From Diadema antillarum (lineage: Eukaryota), in contig NW_027270896.1 of assembly GCF_040938485.1 (NCBI RefSeq), forward strand, positions 5,270,001 through 5,334,000: a stretch of 64,000 nucleotides of DNA, written 5' to 3'. This document shows positions 21,009 through 33,684 of the stretch, one piece after another (the first letter of the stretch is position 1; every line of letters starts with the position of its first letter). Below the pieces are notes generated by a model, which ran no database searches, was not told the origin of the DNA, and saw only the letters and a program-made list of their open reading frames with translations. The translations under genes and the position numbers were made by a program.

Positions 21009-24000
21009 AGGATATCTAAAGATTAAACAACTGTAGATTGGCGGTGATAGCATTTTTGTGATTTTGCTGACATCGAAATAGTCATAGTATAATTACATCT
21101 CAGCAAGAAAAGTTCGACAGTATTATTTGAGCTTAATGAGCGTTTTTATACTCTAAATGTTTTCTGGTTTTTGTGCAGTCTTGTTCTAAACCTTCCAATT
21201 GTACGCTTTGTAATGATATCCTGTTTTTAGAAACTTACCAAAGAAACACAAACTCTTGTCAGCCGAATCTATGATGAACACAGTTTCGACAAGATTGGCT
21301 CCGAAGTTCAGGTGCAGCTAAGTGTGGAGGAGACTTATACAAAATAATGTACGTGTGCACAAACGATGAGTCAAATCAACAGATCTATCGAGAAGGCGTC
21401 GGTATTGTAATCATTGCATTCCTCGTCTGTTCGAGAGGCACTGATATCAAAACTCATACAGCGTACCAAAAATTAATTTTGAGGTAGAACTGTCAAATCT
21501 ATAGGTTTCCTATTAAGGGTTGTAGATTTACGCGACGTGTACTTTTATGAGTTTTGTTTTGTTCTTTTTTTTAACGTCGGAAACGACAAGTTGTTTTTCT
21601 AACACTATTTCAGACTTCATGTCTATCTGACATTATTACGTACCTATGAATATTTGAGCCAAAAAAAAGTTGAAAACAACAAGTTGCATTTTCAAAATCA
21701 TTTCACATATGTTAATATTGACATTGATTTGATACATTTATCATAAGGTAGGCCCTACATGGAAAGCAGCCTTTTTACTTCACAAATCTCACTCATCATC
21801 TTCCCTTGTCTTTGTGTCATAAAGTCAGTTTGATTAAAATTAGCGGTTTCTCCTTGAAGACTGCATCATAAATTCCAGTCACACAGGAAGGTTTTCATTT
21901 TCTTCATGCAACGATACATAGTGCAAGAAGTCTCAGCATGAGTGTGCCACAGTTATTCTCAAACAAGATAATCTCACTTTCATTAAAGAAATAGAAATCA
22001 CTGAAAAAGAACATAACTTGAAAAAACAATACTTTGCAAAGTACTTTTCTTCACTTCAACAAGACAGCGCGTACCTCCGACTCTTCTCATCAGAACCAAA
22101 GGAAATTGATAATAAGGAAACTGATCATCAGTCCAAGCAAGTACCCTGTGAGGGATAAACCTGAAATACCCTCTCAGGGCTATTCAGCGGCTCAACGAAG
22201 CGTTGCGATCGTTATCTCTATTCTCATTGCCGGTCGTTCCGATTTATGACTGGAAATTCTGCGGATTTTGCTGGCTCGTGCGAGCGCTGCACGCTTGCCG
22301 TGAGCTGGGTGGCCTTGTACACCCACATGCAGGCCGGACAAGTCGCAGCGTCACATACCAGCCGGGGAGACGTACCACACACAGTCTTCACATCCACCAA
22401 GTATTGTAGTAACCCGCGCTAAGATGGTTTTAACAATTTGCACAAATCGAAAACTACACTAAGTGCACATAGTCGTTGCAGGATGATACCACGAAAAATA
22501 AGCAAAATACACAGTCCCCCCCCCCCCCACACACTCACGTACGCATACACAAGCACAAGCACCCACGGCAAAAACAAGGGTGTCAACAACATCAAAAGCA
22601 AAAACAAAACGAAAACTGGCATCGTTCAGAACGTGTTGATTTCGAGTTTCAAGATACAGTTGTGACTTGTATCTTGAGAATAACGTATAACCATTTTTTT
22701 CTTCTTTTCAAATCATGTTCATGATGTATCAATTATTAAATCTGTATTTAATAGTCACATCCAGTATCAAAACGTACCGCTCTGTGACTGAGAAAACAGC
22801 CATCTGCAGTGTGGACATATTAATATATACGCATCAATAATATAAGAGTAAGAACATCTTCTATAGACGATCAAACGCAATTTCAAAACCCAGTTTTGGC
22901 AACTGAATGGATTTCGTTCTCCTACCTGCCCGTGGCCGGTACACTCGCCGAACTGTAAAGACGATGGTATCACACATCTCCTCAACTGGAACTACAGCTG
23001 TATTTTCAGTTATGACACTATCACAGTCCGAAGTAGATATAACACAAAACGCCATCTTAGTCTTCAAAAAATGTTATCGATGCAGTCATGACAGCGTATA
23101 TTCCATACCATCAGGGAGGTGGAAAGAGAATTGAATAATTCTGCCTAGTTAGTGCACAGGGATAAACTGAACAGTGTATGGTCTCAGTGGCAGCTGACTG
23201 GTATCGAGGAAACCCGACTAACGAATTAAGATAAAAACACAAAAACAACATTACTCCCCCACCCCACCGTAGGGCCTGGATGGTATGTGTATGTGTTTCA
23301 CAGTGATTTTCCACAGCAGACACTCTGCCGAGCGAGAGTGCAATGTCACAGCACTTTCTCAAGATCGACGGGGACGTGATCAATGCACATTTGATTTTTC
23401 TGATAAACTGCGTTGATACCATCTTTTAATGTCCCCTGAAGATCATACTATAAAGATGTAAGCATTGATTTCATCCTACATAATGTATTTCCAAAATTTA
23501 CAGTTGTGATTACATGTACATTATATCGAATGTGAGATGAGCGAGGTTCCTTCGTACAGCAGCGAACGTTAGCCCACGAAAGCGGCAACCAAGCAAGCAA
23601 GGCGAGCCAGAGAGCAATACGATCACCATTCCACGTGGGCTAACTGCACGGAGGCACGCGGTGTGTGCGCGTTTTTCTGTTTCAGTAGCGATAGCCTGAC
23701 AAATTCAGGCCGGATTGAATGAGGCTAAGTGGACAAAATTTTCGAACATGTTGTGCTATGACAGAGAGCGTGTGAATTTTGCTCCCCGCGGATTATCCTG
23801 CAAAAGGGTCTATGAAAGGAAAGACTAATAATCTTCTCTCTGAGGGAAAACGAGCGCAATCCGCGGGGAGCAAAATACACGGTGTGTGTTTAAACACACG
23901 CATGTCGAACCGGTTTTGTCGGTTCCCATAGACTTTACACGTGAAGGCGATTCTCTTGGCACTGAGCCAAGTTCGGCGAGCTCGCTCGGTTCTCCCGTTT

Positions 24001-24424
24001 TATCCTCTATAGGGTATTTCGGCGTTATCCTTCACAGGGTAGTTGCTTGGACTGATCATTGAGGGAAAAATTTAAAAAGTATTAGAAATTACACTATTTT
24101 CCAAAGTATGTGCCTATTCTTCAGAATGGGCACATAATGTGTTAGTAGGAAAAAAATACGCATACAAGTAGTCGAGAATGACTGTCGCTTTGGTGCAACA
24201 ATGAGCATCATCGATGATGACATGGGTATTTTCTCATTCAGCATTGTCGAGTGTTAGACTACATATTGAATAATCTAGCCATCTAGCCGAGATCCATCAA
24301 CACTTATTATAACAAATTACTTTCATACTACAAGTTAAAACTACAATATACAACAGATTAGGCCTATGTTCTTGAACAGATGATGTAGGCCCACATGAGT
24401 GCATCGAGTCAAGAGTACTTTCGT

Positions 24425-24970
24425 ATGTTCGTTATTCCAAAGTTGTTTTTTTTTTTATCCGAAAGACACAGTTTACGTGGGCCTAGATGTTCGATAATCC
24501 CAAAATGAAATTGGGCCCGTCAATCACAACATTTGTAACGTTATTTGGAAGGTTGGTAAATTCGAAAATGAAATAATGTTCTTTACTCCACACGTTCGTT
24601 ACTCTAAAATTTGAATAAGGTTCGTTATTCCGAGGGTTCGTTTATCCAAGAATGGAATAAGTGCTGTTAATACAAAAAAAAAGAAATAAATAAATAAATA
24701 AATAAAATAAAATTAAGAAATGCATATTAACGAACCGTAGTTCGTTTTCGGCAATCAAAAGCTCAAACTGAACCTTCGGAATAACGGGTCTTTTCCTCAT
24801 TTTCGGATTAATGAACCTCCGGAATAACGAGACTATTTCCCATTTTCGGATTAATGAACCTTCCTAATGACGAACTCTTTATGATTAAAGATCCTACGGA
24901 ATGATGAACCTTGTTTTATTTTCGGATTACAAAACCTCCGGAAAAAACAAACCGTCGGAATAACGAACTG
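24425..24970. mobile_element. Palindromic repeat-array MITE built from GTTCGTTATTCCG / CGGAATAACGAAC units
   Basis: Units face one way in the left half and the opposite way in the right half. Confidence 0.65.
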
Positions 24971-25039
24971 TATATGTACCCTTTACTCCACAGAGTTTAA
25001 AATTTTCATCTGTCAGCAATTTGAAATTTCAGTTGATTG

Positions 25040-25188
25040 CAATGCACTCCCGTTATAGTGAACACGGTTATAACGAAATTCCGGTTACAACGAATTAAGA
25101 ATTCAGGCCGCAACATTATGCACTCTATGTATTTTTATTTTTTATTTGTTCGGTTGTGACGAAATTTCGATACAATGAAAGAAAACTG
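25040..25188 (+). mobile_element. ~150-bp Tc1/mariner-type MITE (CAGTGCACTCCCGTTATAACGAAC family)
   Basis: Homologous to 33526-33684; repeated TTATAACGAA motifs. Confidence 0.65.
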
Positions 25189-25687
25189 TATTTTGATAGC
25201 TACAGAATAATTTCAGATCGTGACGAAACCCACTGATGACTATAAACTTATAATTAAGTATAGTTGCTGTAACTTATTTAGTGTAGGGTAGATAAAACTT
25301 GATCCTTACGCTCTTTTTCTACTAAGGATACTTTCATTTAAGCACTCTCAATCCAAGACAACTTAGATTCCAGTTCTCCTTTGAGGGGAATGACGCTCGT
25401 ATAAAATCTCACTATTATACCGTGGTATAAGTACAGCATTGTAACAGTCTGAACAATTTCAACAACTTCAAATCCTACTGAATCACAGTTAGCATTCCAA
25501 CAAGATACACCATTACTTTTTCAGTAGATCATCCTTTCGATATCATTGTCCCAACGAAAGTCAGTGCTCTTCTCTCTGTTTATTATTATGTTTCTTTCAT
25601 GTTCGTATTTTCAGTGGCATTAAAAGAACTAGATATCCTCATGACTTGTTATGTGGTAGCAATGACTACACTGTCCGACTGTGAGTA

Positions 25688-25889
25688 CATCGGATTGTAG
25701 TGGATAAAACATTGAATTTTGCACAGAGGGTCAATGGTTCGAATCCCTCAGTGCGTTTATCCTGGGACGTTTCGCAACGATGTTCTTCTTGACCCAGGTG
25801 TATAAATAGATTGGCTTACCTGTAATGCTGGGGATGCTGGGGGTCCTCTGATATGTCATGCTATCTCTATAGAGCAGCTACACAGGACC
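25688..25889 (+). mobile_element. tRNA-derived SINE, degenerate
   Basis: A-box-like TGTAGTGGATAA (~25696), B-box GGTTCGAATCCC (25736-25747), central CTTCTTGACCCAGGTGTATAAAT core; related to 29115-29272. Confidence 0.7.
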
Positions 25890-26310
25890 TTAAAGGGGTG
25901 GTATAGGATTGGCTGAAATGAGGATACAGCTTTTAACTTTTTTGCGATCTACATAGAAACCACTTTATGAAATTGTCAAAGAGCATACAATTCTTAGAAT
26001 TCAAAGTTTATGTGAATAAAATCGGTTTTGAAATGGGTGAGATATCCAAAAACAAAGTAAAACCAAGCGATCCAAAACAAATCGATCTGATAAAAGGTAA
26101 GAACCACGTTTTATTAGATCGCATTGTTTAGATATCTCAGCCACTCACAAAAACCAATTTTCCTCAAATAAACTTTAAATTTCTTTTAGAATTATGTGGT
26201 CTTTCATATTTCATAAAAAGAGCTTTCTCATTTTCTCATCAGCAAATCAAAAATTCATCCAAAAAAAAAGTTGGAAACTTGAAGCCCAAACTCAAACAAA
26301 GCTATATCAG
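25890..26310. mobile_element. TTAA/Kolobok-like MITE family A, immediately downstream of GPCR1
   Basis: Starts TTAAAGGGGTGGTATAGG and carries the family core; the right end is degenerate. Confidence 0.75.
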
Positions 26311-26393
26311 TATTGTCAGAATTGTATATCACAAATCAGGGTTTTTTTCCCTCCCTCTTCAACTCACTAAATGAACTGTGAGTGTTGCTCTAT

Positions 26394-27509
26394 TTATGGC
26401 ACTTGTGATAGGTCCATCACAGAAGTGATATTCTTCGTTTGGGTGTCGTTGCTGTACTGGTGATCGATGCCATGGTCGAAGAGAGGCAATTTCGCCTTGG
26501 ATAAACCTTTGGTGAAAACATCTTTGATGGCTTTGCGGAATTTGGGGTAACGTGCTGCGTAGATGAACGGGTTGGCGGACGCGTTGATGAATGCCAGGAA
26601 GGTGAAGGCGTAATGGAGAGGGCTGAATAAGTAGTCGGATATACGTCCAGTCAGACCCGTGACCATCAGTGTGAGGTTGTGCGGACCTAAGCTGAGGATG
26701 AAGATAATGACAATGACTGCAGTCATCTTCACGATTGTGTTACGGGCCGTGACGTGAGCTGATGGAGCATCGGCCTTCTTGGTAGCGAGAATAGTTTGAA
26801 GTTCTCGATATTGGCGGTTCAACGATAAAGCCGTTAGAACCTGACTAACGGCCATGATCATTACTGGGATACCCACGCGGGCAACAAAGAGATAAATTGA
26901 TATTTTAACCTTAACCATCCTCGATTTAGTGTCTTTACACTTGTTGTCAATAACCTCCACAGTTAGGTTGTGTGCGGAAGCGGGTAAAGAGAAAAAGCCA
27001 ACACAAGTGAGGAAAATATAGACTCGTCGCTTTGTGATCAATTGGTGACGGCGTAGAGGGTAGGCAACGGCCACGAATCGCTCAACAGACATCCCTGCCA
27101 AGATGTAGGCGGACGCGAAGACAAAAACCCAAAGCGGATAGCCGGGTCTGTATACAAACTTACAGTAGAATGAGCCGAGGGGTGTATCCGGAACCCAGTA
27201 GGCATTCGGAATGGGAATCATGAAGATGGATGTCAGAAAATCAGCCACGGCCAACGCGCCTATGAAAATGTCAGTGGAGTATTTGGACGCATTCCGCCCA
27301 GCAAGGACGAGAACCACCAACAGGTTGCCAACGATCCCCACAACAGCAAGGAGAAGCTGGAGTAGGTCATTCCAGGACCACACCATACCCCACGCCCATC
27401 CGGCGGCATCGCGACTTTCCACTGTGGATGTCGATGAGTTTCCGACATCTTCCAGCGTGGCTGTGTAAATCATGGTGCCAAAGGTAGTTGCAGAGGTTTG
27501 CGCTTCCAT
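26394..27509 (-). CDS. Rhodopsin-family (class A) GPCR, galanin/allatostatin-A-receptor-like orphan; paralog 1 (most divergent), 371 aa, single coding exon
   Basis: Seven hydrophobic helices; GNLLV (TM1), LAVADF (TM2), YC (TM3 Cys), MSVERF (DRY equivalent), ECL2 Cys, NASANPFIY (TM7). The ORF track starts at a GTG; the conserved start is ATG-GAA at 27509. Confidence 0.95.
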   Translation of the reverse strand: MEAQTSATTFGTMIYTATLEDVGNSSTSTVESRDAAGWAWGMVWSWNDLLQLLLAVVGIVGNLLVVLVLAGRNASKYSTDIFIGALAVADFLTSIFMIPIPNAYWVPDTPLGSFYCKFVYRPGYPLWVFVFASAYILAGMSVERFVAVAYPLRRHQLITKRRVYIFLTCVGFFSLPASAHNLTVEVIDNKCKDTKSRMVKVKISIYLFVARVGIPVMIMAVSQVLTALSLNRQYRELQTILATKKADAPSAHVTARNTIVKMTAVIVIIFILSLGPHNLTLMVTGLTGRISDYLFSPLHYAFTFLAFINASANPFIYAARYPKFRKAIKDVFTKGLSKAKLPLFDHGIDHQYSNDTQTKNITSVMDLSQVP

Positions 27510-27845
27510 CCTCACTCTTATGTCACAAAGCCGCTTACAAAAGGACTCCTAAACTTCTGACAGCTGGACAATGTGTACTTGACAACAAACAAACTTCAAG
27601 TTTGCCAAAAGATGCGAGTCTGCAAATAAGATATCATAAGTTGAAAAGTTTTAAAATAGATTTAGCAATTCAATTATAATAAATCAAAATATATTGATTT
27701 CATGAAAACAGAGATTACATGTATTTCTTTCAAAGGAACATTATATAAAATCAGATCAGATTAGTTCAATAAGTTTGAAAATGATTTGAAAGAAGAAAAG
27801 AGTAAACGGCGGCAAACTATGTGAGGATTCAAGAAGCGATACCAA

Positions 27846-28061
27846 ATAGTTAAAAGAGCCCGTATAGTTCAGAAGGTTTTTGTTGTTTTGGGGGGATTTT
27901 TTGTCCAAATCCTGCGCAATGTGCAACCACTGCAGTTACTTTTTATCAAAATTCATAGTTAAAAGAGCCCATACAACAGAAGGTTTTTGTTGATTTGGGG
28001 GAATTTTTTGTCAAAATCCTGTGCAATGTGCAACCAATGCAGTTACTTTTTATCAAAATTT
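27846..28061. repeat. Tandem duplication of a ~108-bp unit in the predicted 5'UTR intron of GPCR1
   Basis: ATAGTTAAAAGAGCCC...GCAGTTACTTTTTATCAAAATT occurs twice, head to tail. Confidence 0.85.
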
Positions 28062-28636
28062 ATTTGAAAAATATATCGACTATGAGAGTACATTCAAATG
28101 CACATCTTCACAACTACTTATTCATTGGCATCTGATTTTATATCATCAATTTGGAGCTTTCTATTTTTCAATTGCGCTTTCCAAATGATTAAACTTTCTA
28201 TATAGACCCCACCCCATTCCATCACAATTTTGTGCTTTGCAACCAGTTCTTTGTAGTTACGTCATCTTGACAGGGGAACAGCATTCTTGAGATGCCTTTA
28301 ATTTTATACAAAGATTAAGATTTGTGGCATGGATGCCACAAATGTGGACAATACTCCATTTGCATCATATTCAATATTACCACAGTGGCATAAGCAAGTC
28401 CGAAAACCAGTATCTCCTCTTTTCTACAACCAATATAAACAATTTTGATAAATTTGGCATTTTTGTTCATAAGTTGGTTATTATATGTTCAGAAATGTCA
28501 CAAGCATGCCGAATATGATTAAATTAACTTTGGGATAAAGTATAGTAAATTATGATTAGGAATTTAACTATGACAGGTGATAATTGTGCCAAGTTATCAT
28601 TCTCTAATCAAGTTTAAGACAACAAAGATTCACCTA

Positions 28637-28776
28637 CCTTAGGTTTCAATCTGAACATGACACGCAGCGAGGTATACCTTGTGTCCTGACCGAACAGAGG
28701 GCGAAGTTTGGCTGGAGAAACAACGTCTCTGCTTACAAGATTTAGTAGTAAACCTATAGTAAGACTGCGCATGCTC
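28637..28776 (-). promoter_or_regulatory. Predicted promoter and non-coding first exon of GPCR1
   Basis: TGCGCATGCTC at 28766-28776; candidate donor AG|GTAGGT at 28637 (alternative 28677); acceptor TTTGCAG at 27620-27622. Confidence 0.5.
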
Positions 28777-29114
28777 CTACCGGACGTTCCGTTTCTCTAT
28801 CTTTCTGTTTGTATCTTATATGTCTATTTCATATCTTTTGCGGATGATAAGATTCTGATCAGCTCTGTACTCAATTCATAGGTTTTACCCAAGAGAAGGA
28901 AAGGTGTATTAAGTTGACATGTAAATATAACCCCCCCCCCCCCCCCCCCCCCCCCGCCGACAGAAATGTTGCCTTTTAGTGCCCCTCCCTTCTCTAAACG
29001 CATTAAACTGACTTCAAATTGGAACGCTGAACCAATACATTTAGCCTTTTTCTACTTCACTTGTTGATGAATCCACTTGTATATTCCTGTCACTGTCACC
29101 AGTAATAATAATGA

Positions 29115-29272
29115 AAATAAGGTCCTATTTACCCAGGGTAGCCTCTTCAGTGTTACCATTGCTTTATACCAGAGGGCCCTGCCATTATTATTACCCTAGC
29201 GTTACCAGGTACAACACCTGGGTCGAGAAGGACATGGTGGGTAAAAGCATCTTGTGGTCGCAATATCGTTTT
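29115..29272 (-). mobile_element. SINE fragment (core and 3' tail)
   Basis: The minus strand reads CTTCTCGACCCAGGTG...GAAGAGGCTACCCTGGGTAAAT, the same family as 25688-25889. Confidence 0.65.
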
Positions 29273-31911
29273 GCACTATCCAAATGGAAAATGAGTTCCA
29301 TGGCCATTGAATGATATTTTTGTTTTTGTGTGTGTGTGTGTGTGTTTTGTTTTTTTTTTTTTTGTTATACGAGTCAGCTCTCATTTTGTGACATAAGACA
29401 ATGAGTATGCTTCGCCGTCTACAACAAAACTGCAATTACCGGTTTTTGCATTTATAATTGGCATAAATAAGTTATATTAATTCTGGTTTGTCTGCTTTTG
29501 AAAAGTTTGTTTGTAAAGTTCATTTCTGTTCGAAAACAGTTCTTTTTTATAACTTATGTGTAATAGAATACATCTCTTTCACATAGGCCTATCACAGTGA
29601 TGATTGAATATTGGCAACCATTGACAAGCCTCTTCATCATTATTTTGTAGTTTTCATGTATTTAAAGATCGGGAGAAAAACGACACCCCCCCCCCCCCCC
29701 CCCCCCCCCCACACACACACACAAGAGAAAAAGGAACACTCAAGTAACTTTCCAATCAGAGCAAGATTATTTCAAAGGTATGACAGAAGCTGACGTCGGA
29801 AGGTGAACAGCAATATGAAGTGATAGTTCCTTTAAAAAGTCTATTTCATTTTTTTCCTTAGTGCATGTGTGGTAGGAAAGCAAGGAAATTCCCATCGATT
29901 TTTAAATGGATTTTCAGTGTTTATCGATTTGTTTTGAGATCATGCTCTCATCTAATGGTCTGAAGTAAAAGAATTGGCTTTAGAAGCGAAGGGCTCAGTA
30001 ACTATTTCCAGCAGTATTGCTACATACCACGGCTGAATAGACCGGGGTGGACAGAGGGGGAGGAGAGAGAGGGAGGGGAGTTGGAGAGGAAAAGAGACGG
30101 ATAATGAGAAAGAGAGAGTGGTATATTTTGTGGAGAAAGACCAAGATAACGAGAGAGAGATAGAGAGATATTATGATATTGCTTTCGTTTGTAACGCCGA
30201 CAGAACCTCCATTACTGTTTCTCTATATATTAGATGACATTACAGGGATATCTTAAACGACCTTGAATATCTACACATGTTATGTTCTGTACGGAACGTA
30301 TGTTTCCTGTGTCTGTGTCTGTCTGTTCGTCTTTTTTTTTTTCTTTTTTTTTTTGGTCTCCCAGAATACGTGCCCCTGCTGTGTTATCGATATTTAAAAC
30401 CAGTTGTGACGGGAGTATATTTCGGGAGAAATATTGCTTTATGAAAGATCATACGTTACTCGAGTAAAGGGGAATGACGGAAGAAAAAAAAAATCGATTC
30501 TAAATAGCCTACTCAACTTTCCCATCATTATAGCATCTTTCATTTCCCTGTGGCGGTTAACTTTGCTTTGGGAATCGCACGCTAATCCCCGGAAAAAAAA
30601 AAGAAGAAAAAGATCATCTTCATATCAACTTAAATCTTCCTCCGACAACGCCTTGACATCAATACCGATAACCAGCAATATGAGTCCCTGATCATCTGAC
30701 TCAATGTTAAATTTGATGTCACAAAGTTGATAGATATACATTACACCATGGCATCTAATTCTCTCTTCTTCTTCTTTTTTTTCATTCCGATGTCTTGCTA
30801 ATGTTACTACCTCACTTGTCAGCTCACGCTGCAATAAAGTTTGGACCCTGATATTTTCTAAACAGAAGACTTTTGTATCAGGCTAGTTCGTCGTGACCCT
30901 AAACGAATCCTGAATACCAAACAAGCAATTAAACAAAACAAATGGACAAACATAACAAAACAAACAAACAAGCCCAAAAAAATCCTTGCATTCTTTAATG
31001 TGATTAATGTTATTTACTTTCACAAGCTATGAAAGAAGATTGAGCATAACCCCCCCCCCCCCCTCGGTTTTCCTTCTTGTAACCACCTTTTGCTATACAT
31101 CTGCTACTCGTATCAGACCTATAGTCCAGGCCCCATACTCGTGTACGTGTGTGGGAGTGCGTTATGTGTGCTCGCGCGCTCACACAAACTCACAATGGGT
31201 ACATTGCTATCTAGGTTCAACGTGTTCAATGCATGAAAGTGTGTACGTTTTTCTTGGCGGGTTCATAATTACCATTTCAGTACCAATCAATCGGCAATTT
31301 GATATTCAATAGTTGTCATGGTTCTGAGATTCATTTGACAAATTCTAAGCGAACATCATGAACATTGCGTGGACTAGTACCGCGCAATGTAGTAGCCTGA
31401 CTGACCCTAGTCACAAATACATAAATTTATTATACATACATACATGTATTGTGTACGATCATTTCTGTTATTCTGATTTCATTCTATTTCTTCATCATAC
31501 GAATGACTTTTACTACGAATGAACTTACCTGATCCTTATATAACATTAATTAAATTTACATTAATATTTTTTCATCCTTTCTTCTTTTCTTCCTTCTTCA
31601 GTCTGACATATTTGTTTTGATCTGTTTTGTTGGGTGTTTTTTTAACGATTCAGAATGCTGAACAGATTGGAATGAGTCTTTCATAGATAGGAGTCAGACC
31701 TGTTCGAGTGAAATCCCCACCAGTAATAACGCACTGATATTGAACGACTGTCTATCCTTTTTATATATAGTAATATCATGTTTAAGTTAAATAATGATTT
31801 GGAAATTGTATTCATAATACACATGTTTTACTACTCTTTTCTAGCAGAGTGTTCGTTGTCTTATTGTTAATAGGCCTACTTGTTAACAAGGTTTTGAATT
31901 AAATACAAGAT

Positions 31912-32073
31912 CAGAGGCGGATCCAGGGAGGACCGCAACCGGCGCACGCCCCCCCCTTATTTTTTGTTGAAATAAAAGAAATAAAAAGAAAAAAAATTGG
32001 GGGAGGGGTGCGTGCGCCCCCTTTAATTTTGTAAACGCGCCCCCTCTTTACGGAATTCCTGGATCCGCCCCTG
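31912..32073. mobile_element. 162-bp MITE, CAG(A/G)GGCGGATCCAGG family, apparent 5-bp TSD
   Basis: TIR CAGAGGCGGATCCAGG / CCTGGATCCGCCCCTG; AAGAT on both sides (31907-31911, 32074-32078). Confidence 0.8.
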
Positions 32074-33525
32074 AAGATTGATCAACTCAAAATAATGCAC
32101 ACACACACACGCACACACACACACACAAACACACAGCGACAGAGACACATTTATCTTGGCAATAATGCCCATTGTCCGCAGTAACGGCTGTCTCTTGACC
32201 CTAATTGTTGCTTCATCTTACGACGGCAAAGGAGTATACAATCAAATAAAAGAACTTTGTTGAAATATCTATATCCAACACCTAATTCTATCCCCCCCCC
32301 CTCTCTCTCTCTCTCTAAATGTTTTATGTCGTTTTTTTTTTATAAAGAGAGAACATCAAACTATCATCATTTTGTTGTTGTTGTTGGTGGTGTTGTTGTT
32401 TTATTTTGCAGATGTTATACAGTGTCTTGCACCAACTGTATCGTCATCCACTATACGAACCTTATATCTATGCGCGATCAGTTTCTGAAGTTTGTATTAG
32501 AATGAATCAGTTTTTTGAATGTTCATAATTGGTACAATAATTGGTTGACGACAAAACCAACATGCACCATATGGTAACTTCAGACACAGGTATAGGACAA
32601 AGCATTATTACCAGCGGAGGTTTAAGCTGGCATGCATAGATCATTGAAGAATGTGGGTGGGTTTTTTTTTTTTTGGGGGGGGGGAATGTGAATTAATCAA
32701 ACTTGGCGAGAAGCAGGAAATTAAATAGAGACTCGCAAACAAGTTCACACCATTTCATTTCTCTTGTACAATATTAATAGTTATGTTATCATTTCCCTAT
32801 ACACCTCATGTACCCCTGGACAAGTGAGTCCAAACGATTGTTTTTCGCCTCCGTTGACACTCGAGTTCAATGAAATGAAATTCTGGACATCTTCGTAGAT
32901 AAGTTCCACTTTCTAAAAGAATGGTCTTTAATTTTAATTCTTTCTTAAGACATTACTCTGCGAGTTTTCCACTTCCACAGTGGGAGTTCAGTAAGAAATG
33001 GCTCCATGTTTGTACAGCTTGGATGAGTTTAATGCAGACAGTTTGTAAGTATGTGTTACCTTTTATTCAGCTGGTATTGATGAATGAATGCAAAAATTCG
33101 TTCTAAGGGCCCATCGCCGCACTTCGCCAAGTCCTTCTTTAGTGATATCTACGAGCCAACGCGATAATGGAGAGTTTGCATGTAAGGAGTGCACTTACAC
33201 AAGTTAATACTTCAAGTATAATGTAGTTAATTCTACCTGGTGCAGACTTCTATAAATCAAGGTAATTCATGCGATATGTTCCTTTCACACACGTGTGTAA
33301 ATTGATATCTGGCCCGACAGTCATGCTGTGATAGTGATTTCAGCTTCCTCTTGCAGAGTATATAGCTGTACGCTCATATTAAAACGGTTACACAAACTTA
33401 AAACAGAATAACTGTATCAACATCATATTTAACCAAGTCTGATAAACCATTCCATACCACCAATTCAACATTTCTACATTCTATGGTCATTTCTATCTTT
33501 TTAACAATTTTAGACTAACCTGATG

Positions 33526-33684
33526 CAGTGCACTACCGTTATAACGAACACGGTTATTACAAATTTCGATTACAACGAAAAAAAAAATCAGGCTGGAACA
33601 TTACACTTCTTTTGTTTTGTTTTGTTTTTTTATTGTTTATTAAATAAATTCATAACGAAATTTCGATATAACGAAAGAAAACTG
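33526..33684 (+). mobile_element. Tc1/mariner-type MITE present in unit 2 and absent from unit 3
   Basis: CAGTGCACTACCGTTATAACGAAC...GAAAACTG; empty site near 43100. Confidence 0.7.

Noticed and set aside
20797-21053. ORFs spanning the N gaps (also 60392-60739)
   Set aside because: Open only because N codons hide stops.
24425-24970. Repeat-spacer-like array resembling CRISPR
   Set aside because: Eukaryotic context, units flip orientation at the centre, spacing is irregular and no cas genes are present; this is a MITE.
25688-25760. tRNA gene
   Set aside because: A and B boxes are present but no convincing acceptor stem or cloverleaf, and it runs into a SINE core; called a SINE head.
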